NCBI GenBank assembly: GCA_016872635.1
Contig: VGZN01000001.1
Span: 1-46,012, forward strand
Direction: 5' to 3'
Source: Planctomycetota bacterium
Lineage (GTDB): Bacteria; Planctomycetota; Planctomycetia; Pirellulales; Pirellulaceae
DNA length: 46,012 nucleotides
Positions 1 through 9,100 of this stretch are shown here, in pieces (within the stretch, counting starts at the first letter, position 1; each line of letters starts with the position of its first letter). The position numbers and the translations under genes are program-made. The notes under the pieces were generated by a model that was given only the letters and a program-made list of their open reading frames with translations, did not search any database and was not told where the DNA came from.

Positions 1-837
1 GGTGTCACAGTTCGCATGGTCGATATCGACCCCATCGATGCAACGCTTTGCATGAAGTCCCTCGCGTATCAACTGGGACCCAAAACCCGACTAGTCGCCG
101 TCACTGCAGCTTCCAACGCCGTCGGCTCAATTACCGATATCCCAACCATCGCAAAAATGGTGCATGAGGTAGGTGCCGAACTATTTGTCGATGCGGTTCA
201 CTTTGCTCCCCATCGCCGGATCGACGTTTACCGCTGGAACTGTGACTACATGGTCTGCTCCGCGTATAAATTTTTTGGACCCCATATCGGGATCCTGTAC
301 GGTCGCCCCCAACGTATGCAGGAACTCAAACCCTACAAACTCCGTCCTTCTCCGGAATTGATTCCAGGCCGTTGGATGACAGGGACACAAAATCATGCCT
401 GCATCGCTGGTGTAACAGCCGCAATCGATTACCTCGCGTCGCTCGCTGGATCAGGCACCTCGCGACGTGAAAAACTAGACATTGCCTTTAATGACATCGT
501 GACCCTCGAAACACAATTGATCGCGAACTTGATCGAAGGGCTCCAAAGAATCCCTGGTGTCAAGGTATTCGGCATTACCGATGTAGATCGCTTGCACGAG
601 CGAGCTCCAACCGTCGCGTTCCAAATCGCAGGTATCAAGTCAGCAGACGCAGCAGCAGCCCTAGGCGAACAAGGGATCTGCGGTTGGCATGGAAATTACT
701 ACGCGTTGCCTCTTACCGAAGCACTCAAAACAGAACCCGAGGGAATGATTCGACTCGGCTGCATGCATTACAACACCAAAGACGAAGTAGCCCGAACATT
801 AGATGTGATCCAAACCATCGCCAACGCGGTCGCTTAA
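1..837 (+). CDS. Cysteine desulfurase-like PLP-dependent aminotransferase class V (5' truncated by window edge)
   Basis: Frame is open from base 1. It has the class V motifs VDAVH and CSAYKFFGPH (PLP lysine), plus GTQN and a C-terminal IRLG. Confidence 0.85.
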   Translation, partial: GVTVRMVDIDPIDATLCMKSLAYQLGPKTRLVAVTAASNAVGSITDIPTIAKMVHEVGAELFVDAVHFAPHRRIDVYRWNCDYMVCSAYKFFGPHIGILYGRPQRMQELKPYKLRPSPELIPGRWMTGTQNHACIAGVTAAIDYLASLAGSGTSRREKLDIAFNDIVTLETQLIANLIEGLQRIPGVKVFGITDVDRLHERAPTVAFQIAGIKSADAAAALGEQGICGWHGNYYALPLTEALKTEPEGMIRLGCMHYNTKDEVARTLDVIQTIANAVA

Positions 838-914
838 CACGTGAAAACATCCGCTTGGATTACCGGGCAAATACCAGCCCTAATGCCATGCGGGCTTCAC
901 CCACCCTCCATCGC

Positions 915-1865
915 TTACTTCAATGGCATCCCGGGTTCTGCTTTGCCGTTGGTCGTCAGAATCTGAAAGTGATGGACTCCAGCAGCCAACGGATGATCAC
1001 TAGTCCATACGATTTTCTTCTCCGGAGTGACTTCGACCATCGATACACCAGTGTTCGCCGCATGCGAACCAACGACCGTGTTTCCATTTGCAAGCCGCTG
1101 CGAACCACATGGATCCTTAAAAAGTCCGCCTACATCTTCGTTGTTGATCTGCCAAACAATCTCTCCGTTCGGATTGAACTCGACAGCCTTGTTTCCGTGC
1201 GTCAACGAAACCAGTGTGTTTCCACTATCCAAACGAATCGCCGTGAAGGGCCAATTTTCGGCCGGTCTGCCTCCAATCGATGCGAGATCCGTCTTGATGG
1301 TCCGTAGCACCGTACCATCGCATGCATACTCTTTCACAGAAAAAGCAAGTAAGTGAGGAACCAAGTAGTTCCCGTTGCGCAATTGCCTCGCCATGCGTGT
1401 TTGCATATGCGCATTGTCGGTCTCCGGCTGCAACGGAACCTCTAACTGAATCTTGGCAGTTCCATCGACCTCGAGCAATCGCGGCTTAGCCCCCAACTCT
1501 GTGATTAATGTATTCCCGTTGTACAACCGCTGGGCGGTGCCGATTTCACGGTTCGCAGCATCTAGTTTGTACTGAAAAACAACCTTCTTCTCCCGAGTAA
1601 CTTCCTCCACCCGATCGGAATACGCCAACAGCACGTTTCCATTGGGGAGCACGAATCCATCTCGAGACCCACCCGAGTATTCCCAAGTTGCAACTCCATC
1701 TTCACCGATAATCGCCGTTTTCGCCCCTAAGACGAGATACGAGTGGCGAATTGAATCTTGCCCCAGTCCCACCGATGAGACTAACGCGAGGAAGGCCCAA
1801 AACCTCGATCGCGTCAGTAAAGTGATACTCGCTCGAATTACAGACCTGGAAGCAATTGCTGTCAT
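915..1865 (-). CDS. Secreted beta-propeller repeat protein (hypothetical)
   Basis: N-terminal hydrophobic signal followed by five repeats of the pattern (A)xRLxNGNTL(I/V): FVLPNGNVLL, AQRLYNGNTLI, ARQLRNGNYLV, AIRLDSGNTLV, SQRLANGNTVV. Confidence 0.7.
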   Translation of the reverse strand: MTAIASRSVIRASITLLTRSRFWAFLALVSSVGLGQDSIRHSYLVLGAKTAIIGEDGVATWEYSGGSRDGFVLPNGNVLLAYSDRVEEVTREKKVVFQYKLDAANREIGTAQRLYNGNTLITELGAKPRLLEVDGTAKIQLEVPLQPETDNAHMQTRMARQLRNGNYLVPHLLAFSVKEYACDGTVLRTIKTDLASIGGRPAENWPFTAIRLDSGNTLVSLTHGNKAVEFNPNGEIVWQINNEDVGGLFKDPCGSQRLANGNTVVGSHAANTGVSMVEVTPEKKIVWTSDHPLAAGVHHFQILTTNGKAEPGMPLK

Positions 1866-1909
1866 GACTATGGATACTCAAGTTGGTAAGGAGAAAACAG
1901 TGGGTGCCG

Positions 1910-3406
1910 TCAGAGGTCATCGGACGGAAAAGAATCGAAGGGGAACAATGGGTGTCGGCGGTAATGATAATCCATCCGGCTCAGATCCGCACAGGTTGAA
2001 CCGGGTGTATTTACCCGTATGAAGCGATCGCAAACCTCGCGATATGCTGCCAGCGGTGCGTGAACTCCCTTTGCAACTAATACTCGGAAGGAACTCGGCT
2101 CAATTCCGCACGATATCAATTGCTGCAAGCTAAAGGGAACCATTCGTTTACTGGTTAGCAATAGTGTCATCGGATACTCGCATGCTCGCACCACGACGGT
2201 AGCTCCCTGGTCAAATTCTACGATCCCACCATGCCGTGGCTTGGACTCCGAAAAACGACCCGAGTGGATCGAAACAATCTCGACTCGCAGCAGTAGCGGG
2301 TCTCCATGCGCATGATCCGTGTGCCCACCGATCAACAGTTCCACGGTCGCCCCAACCTCGAGGTTAAGCGATTGCGCAACTGCCTGCGCATCTGCGATAC
2401 ATACGAATGCAGGTCCTAGATTACGTTCACACAATGCTCTCGCCAGCACCGTTCCATCCGCAGCAGAACCACCGCCGACATTATCGCCCATATCGAGCAG
2501 TCCAAAACGTACACCCACTGTCGTCTCGATCAAATCCAAAGCCTTTTTTACATCGACCAATACACCTTTCATGGCATTTCGGTTGCGCCAAAGTTCATCG
2601 GCAAGTTCATCCGCTAGTTGTTGCGCTAGTTGCAAATCATTGTTGGTGATCACTACGACCGACGCTCCCATCTCGCACACATCCGCGTAAGGGAACCCAA
2701 GCAGCAGACTATTGCTGAGAACATCGGGGAAATCGAGCTGCCGATCCGCGGCTTCGTAGATTACACGCAAGTGCGGTTCATCGGTGCTCTGCCGCTCAAT
2801 ATTGATGACCAGCGGCGGAAATGCTGCAGCCATCGTAGGATTCGTTTTCCCCATCACACATTCCATCAGCATTTTGGCAGCCTCTTCACCGCGTACACGC
2901 TGGTCCAAATGGGGATTCGTTCGGTAGGCGATGACCGCCGTGCATGCCTCGACCATAGCGGGCGAGAGATTCGCATGTGCATCGAGCGTAACCACAACCG
3001 GTAACTTCGCCCCAACCCTTGCTCGAATTTGCGTCAACCAATACCCATCCGCATCGCGGTGCTTCTCTGAAACCGCAGCTCCATGGGCTGCCACGAGAAG
3101 ACCATCCAAAGGCATCGATCGCTGCAATGCAGACAATGTTCGGCTTAGTAATTCATCAAAGGCTTCTTCGGAAATCGTTCCCGAAGGAGTCGCGCGAACA
3201 GCAAGGATGGGTACTACCTCAACGGGCACGTGATCGGCCCGATCCAATCCAGCCAAAAAACCACCCAGTTCATGATGGCTCCCGACAAATCGGTTCAGAA
3301 TTTCATTCCCGATGGCTACCGTGTCTTCCTCGAAATTACGCCACGTGGTCGGCATCGCAATAAAAGTGTTCGATTCATGAAGGAAGGCTAGAATCCCGAT
3401 TCGCAT
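1910..3406 (-). CDS. M81/MlrC-family metallopeptidase/amidohydrolase
   Basis: Start trimmed to the ATG at 3406 (MRIGILAFLHESNTF). Family motifs HGA, DxHAN, YRTNPHxD, DxGDNxGGG and C-terminal TPG. Confidence 0.85.
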   Translation of the reverse strand: MRIGILAFLHESNTFIAMPTTWRNFEEDTVAIGNEILNRFVGSHHELGGFLAGLDRADHVPVEVVPILAVRATPSGTISEEAFDELLSRTLSALQRSMPLDGLLVAAHGAAVSEKHRDADGYWLTQIRARVGAKLPVVVTLDAHANLSPAMVEACTAVIAYRTNPHLDQRVRGEEAAKMLMECVMGKTNPTMAAAFPPLVINIERQSTDEPHLRVIYEAADRQLDFPDVLSNSLLLGFPYADVCEMGASVVVITNNDLQLAQQLADELADELWRNRNAMKGVLVDVKKALDLIETTVGVRFGLLDMGDNVGGGSAADGTVLARALCERNLGPAFVCIADAQAVAQSLNLEVGATVELLIGGHTDHAHGDPLLLRVEIVSIHSGRFSESKPRHGGIVEFDQGATVVVRACEYPMTLLLTSKRMVPFSLQQLISCGIEPSSFRVLVAKGVHAPLAAYREVCDRFIRVNTPGSTCADLSRMDYHYRRHPLFPFDSFPSDDL

Positions 3407-3666
3407 GGTTGCTCGTTGGCGATTTGAGGAGAACAACTTTCGATGACAATGTCGGATTAATGAGATCGTAATTCTACTATAGCGATATCGGGAATATCTC
3501 AGGGCAGCGATCCCGAATACGACAAATCCATACGATACTCCAACAAGTACTTTCAGGATCGGAAGCATGCTAAAATCCCGTCTCCCCACTCGATACATTT
3601 CAATGCAATGGCCAACGAGATCTCATGGATCGCAGACGGCATGAATACGGAAATTGACAGAATCTT

Positions 3667-4329
3667 ATGAATCATGACCTAAACGCGGTTCGATCGCACT
3701 TGTATGCAGCGGTACTCTGCGATGCGCTAGACCAGATCGGACTGCACCATCAATCGCCTAGAGTGTCACTCCCATTGCAAACCCGATTTCCGGATTCAGT
3801 AGGAGTTCTCGCTGGACGCTGCAAAACCACGCTTTGGGCGGACATGGCCCATTTGGATCCTGAACCCTATGCACTGGAACTGAAGGCTGTCGATGAATGC
3901 AATCCTGACGATGTCTTTGTTGCGGCAGCGGGAGGGTCGATGCGCTCGGGCATTTGGGGAGAACTCCTAACTACCGCGGCGAAAAATCGTGGTTGTGTCG
4001 GTGCGATCGTCGATGGTGCTATTCGAGATGTTGACAAAATTGCGGCGATGCACTTCCCTGTGTTCGCCAAAAGCCGATGCATTTACGACAGCTTGAATCG
4101 ACAGCGAGTCATCGACATAGATATCCCCGTTGAGATTGATGGTGTTCGTTTTGTACCTGGTGATCTTGTGGTCGCCGATGCCGATGGCGTTGTCGTTGTC
4201 CCAAAAAACGTTGAAAACGAGGTCTTGAAACTGGCGTTTGCAAAAGTACTAGGGGAGAATCAAGTGCGCGATGCAATCCGAGCTGGTATGACCTCGAGAG
4301 ATGCATTCAGGAACTTTGGCATTCTTTAG
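3667..4329 (+). CDS. RraA-family / 4-hydroxy-4-methyl-2-oxoglutarate aldolase-like protein
   Basis: Motifs WGELLTTAA, GAIVDGAIRD and PGDLVVADADGVVVVP. Confidence 0.85.
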   Translation: MNHDLNAVRSHLYAAVLCDALDQIGLHHQSPRVSLPLQTRFPDSVGVLAGRCKTTLWADMAHLDPEPYALELKAVDECNPDDVFVAAAGGSMRSGIWGELLTTAAKNRGCVGAIVDGAIRDVDKIAAMHFPVFAKSRCIYDSLNRQRVIDIDIPVEIDGVRFVPGDLVVADADGVVVVPKNVENEVLKLAFAKVLGENQVRDAIRAGMTSRDAFRNFGIL

Positions 4330-4346
4330 CATTTAGGAACGATTTC

Positions 4347-5666
4347 ATGCCAGCACCGTCAGCGTCCGAACTTTCTAAAATCCATTCGCCGATCAACCGC
4401 AGAAAGTGGATCCGTTTTGTATCTAGTGCTATCGCAATGACTGCGATGCATGGAGGACCACACCTCGGCAGCAATCATCCGCTTGCAGGAAACTGCTTCG
4501 CCAGCGATGGATCGATCCCAAAGAAGAAAGTTGCAGCGATCGTGACGGTCTATCGAAAAAATTCGCATGCGGATGTTCTGGTCGGAAAAATCCTAGAGGG
4601 CTGGCAGCAAGACGGCGGTCCAGGTCCTGCACTGGAATTGGCTTCGCTATACGTTGATCAGTTTCCTGACGAAGATCTTTCAGTAAAGCTCGCCGAAAAG
4701 CACGGTTTCCGAATGTGCAAAACGATTCGGGATGCGATCACGCTCGGAGGCGATGAGGTCGCCGTCGATGGCGTCCTGAGTATCGGCGAACATGGCGAAT
4801 ATCCTTGGAACAATCTCGGCCAACACCTTTATCCCCGCAAGCGGTTTTTCGAAGAAATCACCGATACTTTCGCAAACTGCAATCGTGTGGTTCCGGTGTT
4901 CAATGACAAGCATCCGGGGCCCGAGTGGAAAGATGCTCAATGGATGTACCAACGCGCGAAAGAGTTACAAGTTCCATGGATGGCTGGCTCCTCATTGCCG
5001 GTCAGCTTTCGCAGTCCTGATGCAAACTTGACGATGGGAGCAAAAGTAGAGGCATGTGTAGGAATTGGATACTCGGGACTTGATATTTATGGCATTCACA
5101 CACTCGAGTTTCTGCAAAGCAACCTGGAACGCAGGGCCGGAGCAGAGTCCGGGGTTCGTTCCGTTGAATCGGTACCGACAACTCAGATCGGTCGTTTGTT
5201 GTCCGAGGGCATCATCGATGAACACCTCATGGATCAAGGATTGGCGGTTACGAATACGGACCGCGCTTCCGTCCTCAAAAACCCTCCGACGGACGGCGCA
5301 GTTTTCTTGATCGAGTACAAAGACGGCCTGCTGGTTCCGGTACTCATGCTTCCCGGCCTCGCCCAAGGCATTGCCGTGGCAATAAAACCGCTCGGAGAAG
5401 CTAGTTTCGCGACCCGTGTCGAGGAGCGCGAAAAACCCTACTACCCACATTTCGCCTACTTGCTCAAAGGCATCGAAACGATGATCCACACGGGAAGGCC
5501 TGCATATCCCGTGGAAAGGAACATGCTCACCGCCGGGACCCTCGATCGACTCCTCGTGTCCCTCCGAGAGGGGAGTCGCAAAATTGCGACACCGGATTTA
5601 GAAATTGCGTATCACCCCGTCGATTACTCATACGCTCCCCATTTGAAACTTGAAGGGTTGCGATAG
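4347..5666 (+). CDS. Conserved hypothetical protein with probable Tat signal (possible oxidoreductase-like fold)
   Basis: INRRKWI twin-arginine-like motif followed by a hydrophobic helix. Conserved-looking blocks GEHGEYP, VFNDKH, MAGSSLP and YGIH. Lies 17 bp after the RraA gene. Confidence 0.65.
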   Translation: MPAPSASELSKIHSPINRRKWIRFVSSAIAMTAMHGGPHLGSNHPLAGNCFASDGSIPKKKVAAIVTVYRKNSHADVLVGKILEGWQQDGGPGPALELASLYVDQFPDEDLSVKLAEKHGFRMCKTIRDAITLGGDEVAVDGVLSIGEHGEYPWNNLGQHLYPRKRFFEEITDTFANCNRVVPVFNDKHPGPEWKDAQWMYQRAKELQVPWMAGSSLPVSFRSPDANLTMGAKVEACVGIGYSGLDIYGIHTLEFLQSNLERRAGAESGVRSVESVPTTQIGRLLSEGIIDEHLMDQGLAVTNTDRASVLKNPPTDGAVFLIEYKDGLLVPVLMLPGLAQGIAVAIKPLGEASFATRVEEREKPYYPHFAYLLKGIETMIHTGRPAYPVERNMLTAGTLDRLLVSLREGSRKIATPDLEIAYHPVDYSYAPHLKLEGLR

Positions 5667-5700
5667 GCAACGCTGGTTCGCTAAAGCCATCCTACTTCAT

Positions 5701-6143
5701 CGGATCTCTACGCGTTAGCGCCGGGTGGCGAAACGACCACGTCGCAAGTAACCATGTTTCGATCATGGCTAGTGTCGGGGGAGATCGAGGGCCAACGCCC
5801 AGTTGCCACTTGCTAGCAGGCGTGGCGCGGATATTTGCTTCGCATAGCGAAGACATCAGAGCCCTCAGCGTGAGCGCCGGGTGGAGGCACGCTGCCATCG
5901 CTCGTCACAACGTTTTGATCATTCACTAGCGACGGGGGATATCAGGTTCGATGGTCTAGTCGCCACTTGCTAGCAGGCGTGGCTCGGATCTTTGCTTCGC
6001 ATAGCGAAGACATCAGAGCCCTCTGCATGAGCGCCGGGTGGAGGCACGCTGCCATCGCTCGTTACAACGTTTGATTATCACTAACGACGGGGGATATCAG
6101 GTTCGAGCGCCTAGTCACCACTTGCTAACACGCATGGCTCAGA
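5701..6143. repeat. Tandem ~156-bp REP/BIME-like palindromic array (two near-identical full units, a partial third and a degenerate 5' copy)
   Basis: Units start at 5801, 5958 and 6113 (AGTyrCCACTTGCTArCA...). Each full unit has inverted arms GGCTCGGAT/ATCAGAGCC around a CTTCGC-ATA-GCGAAG hairpin. The array sits between convergent genes. Confidence 0.85.
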
Positions 6144-6151
6144 GGGGAACG

Positions 6152-9100
6152 TTATTTGCGCAAGGTCATCAAGTACTCTACGAGATCGACCAACTCTTGC
6201 TCGGTCATGGTTTCCTGCAGATTCTCGGGCATCAATGACTTTTCTTGCTTCTTGATCTCCTCCAGATCGGAACTCTTAATTGCCCGTTCGATCCCCTTTG
6301 CATCCTTGATGGTCACTCCGTCATCAGTCTTTGAAATCAACAAACCAGTGACGACCTCTCCATCTCCTGTTCGAGCGGTGTAGGCTTCATAGTTGTGACT
6401 GATCCCCGCACTGGGTGCCAAAATCGAAACGTACATCGCCTCGCGCGTCAGTTTATTCCCGATCTCGGTCAAGCTTGGGCCAACGTTCTTGCCTTCGCTG
6501 CCAACCATATGGCACTGGGAGCAAGTGGCAACCCCGAAGTAAACGGACTTCCCATTGGCACTATTACCCTTCTTTTTGATCAACTCCTCGATAGGAGGAA
6601 GTGGATTCTGAGAGGTTTTGAGGACGGGGAACAGTTCTTTTGCTGCATTCGAGATGGCGGGATCCTCGGAATTTCGCAATGTTGGCCCGAGAAGCGGCTT
6701 CGCCTCTGCGGGCAATCGGTTCTCTTTCGCGAGAGAGACCAAGAAGGACTGATTCGCCTTGTTCCGTCCCAGGCCAACCGCAGCTTCCACCTTGACACTC
6801 TTTGCCACGTCTTGAGATTCAAGCAAGGCCTTTTGCAGTTCAGCTGCTTCCTTGCGATTGCTAAGCGACAGTGTCTTCGACAAGGCTACTGCCATCTCGG
6901 ATGGCTCTTGAGCTTCCAGCATCGCTTTCAAAGGCGAAGCGCCACCGGTCTCAAGTGCCAGATCGAGTGCTTGTACCGCTTGGGTGGAAGCCCCCCAGGC
7001 AGCAGCCCTCTTCAGCAATTGCTCCGAGACCCCGGTGACTTTCAGCTTTTGCAGGACCTTTAACTGCGACGGATCCTCCCCAAGGGAATTAACGTAATCA
7101 CGCACCAAAGCAGCCAGTTTTGGATTGGCATTGATACCGACTCCGTCGAGACGCATCAGAGCTTCGATCACCGTTTGAGGCTGATTTTCCAGTTCCAACA
7201 ATGGCTTCAAGGCCGATTGGCGGTCTGCTGGCTTCAAAAAATCGGTAGCGCGGAATAGCCGTGTGATTTGCTCCTTGGGGAGCTTCGACGAGGCCAACCA
7301 TTGAGATTGCATTTCAGCAGCGACGGGACCGCGACCACGCCATGCGATCAAAAGACCTTCTCCGCGATCTGACTTCAAGTCACGATAGGCCGTCAAACAC
7401 TCATTCCAACGATCGGTGGCGGCGATACCGAGCGCTTCGAGGTACCACCGGTCACGACTCCCAGCTTTCGCAGCCAGTTGCGCCCACAATTTCGGCATAC
7501 TTGGCGATGCGTCTTCTCTAAGTGCAATCGCCAGCTCGCGTAGCACCACCATATTCGCATCACTGAGAAGCGGTGTAACGAACTTATCCGTCTCGAGTTT
7601 GGCCTGACGGGCGAGCCGGATCGCTGTGGCTCGGACGTTCTCATTTTCATCTTTCGACGCTGCGGTGAAGGCAGCCATCGGACTATCGACTTTGGCAAGC
7701 AACCAATACGCTCGCGCCCGCATCCGCGGATTTGGATTTTTCGTCATCATTTGAAGCTCGCCGATCGAATCACGACCCATCTTTAAGATCGCGTGATAGG
7801 CGAGGTAACGTACTGAATTGCACGGATTCGCAAGCGCGGCTACAGCCCCCTTAGCAGTCGACAAATCGTATTTGGGGACAGAGTACTTTGCACCCTCAGG
7901 AGCAAACCGGAACAGTCGCCCTCGTTCCATGTCTTGCATATTGTGACCTCCGACACCGGGATCATACCAATCCGAAACGAAGAGCGATCCGTCTGGTGCA
8001 ACAGCGACATCGGCTGGGCGAAACCATTTATCGAATTCGCCAACCGCTAAATTCTCGATGGTGGCCCCATATCCAGCCCCCATTGATTTAGCGATATACG
8101 CTCGAACGACATTCGGTCCTGCATCGCAGTGGATAACTTGGTTTCGGAATTTCTCGGGGAGTAAATCACCCTCATAAACAGTGATACCCGTCGGCGATCC
8201 AGCGCCTGTAATCAGCATCGTGGGAACCACACCGGGATCATTTAAGTGCCAATGGCGTTCTGGAATCTCGGATTCCCAATTGGTGCGTTCTGCTTGCCAT
8301 CCAGCACCGGTTATCTCATCGACATAACCATAGTTTCCAAACTCCATGACGTAGTTAATACGCGTGGCTCGATTCCCATCGTCATCGTTATCGGATTGCC
8401 AAATCGAGCCATAAGAATCCACTGCGGCTTCGTAATTGTTCCTAAAGTTGTGTCCGAGAACCTCCATGTCGCTGAGGTCTTCATTGCAGCGAAACACCAT
8501 GCCTTGGCGGTACGGATTTCCCGAGTCGTTGATTTCACGTCCCCAGCGGTCTCGGATGGGATTCCCTTCCGAATCGCAAAGACGATGGCCTGTATTTCCA
8601 AAGTTGAAGTAGAGCTTTCCATCGGGGCCAAACACAAACGAGTGGACCGAGTGATCATGCTGAGGGTCACCTGTTTTTGTGAGGATAGCCCGTTTCGAAT
8701 CGGGTTTATCATCGCCATCGTTATCGATGAACTCCCAAACATAAGGAGCGGCGCTCACCAAGACACGATTTCCGAGGACACACAAACCCAATGCAGAGTC
8801 GATATCGCGCCCTTGGTAAAAGACTTTGGTCGTGTCCATCACGCCATCTTGATTAGTGTCCTCCAAGATCAAGATACGATCCCCTTCGGCTCTTTCGCCA
8901 TTGTGGCGACGGTAGTTTACGACTTCGCAGACCCACACTCGACCTCGATGATCGATATCGAGGTTGGTCAAGCTTTTCAGGACAGGCTCGGAGGCTGCTA
9001 ACGTTGCTTGCACTCCTTCGGCGACCTGCAGACCAGCAACTGCTTTTTCGGGTGTACGATCTTCAATAGATGCTGCGGGCTGCCCCCAAGCGTTGAGCCC

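Noticed and set aside
3407-3598. N-terminal extensions in the ORF track (MlrC to 3598; also pdxH from 10955, the 25573 start, folC from 43315)
   Set aside because: Family motifs begin at downstream starts, and the extensions cover promoter-like DNA.
5701-6143. CRISPR array or small ORFs (5692-5898, 6038-6238)
   Set aside because: The whole ~156-bp unit repeats, there are no unique spacers and no cas genes. The ORFs are translations of the palindromic repeat.
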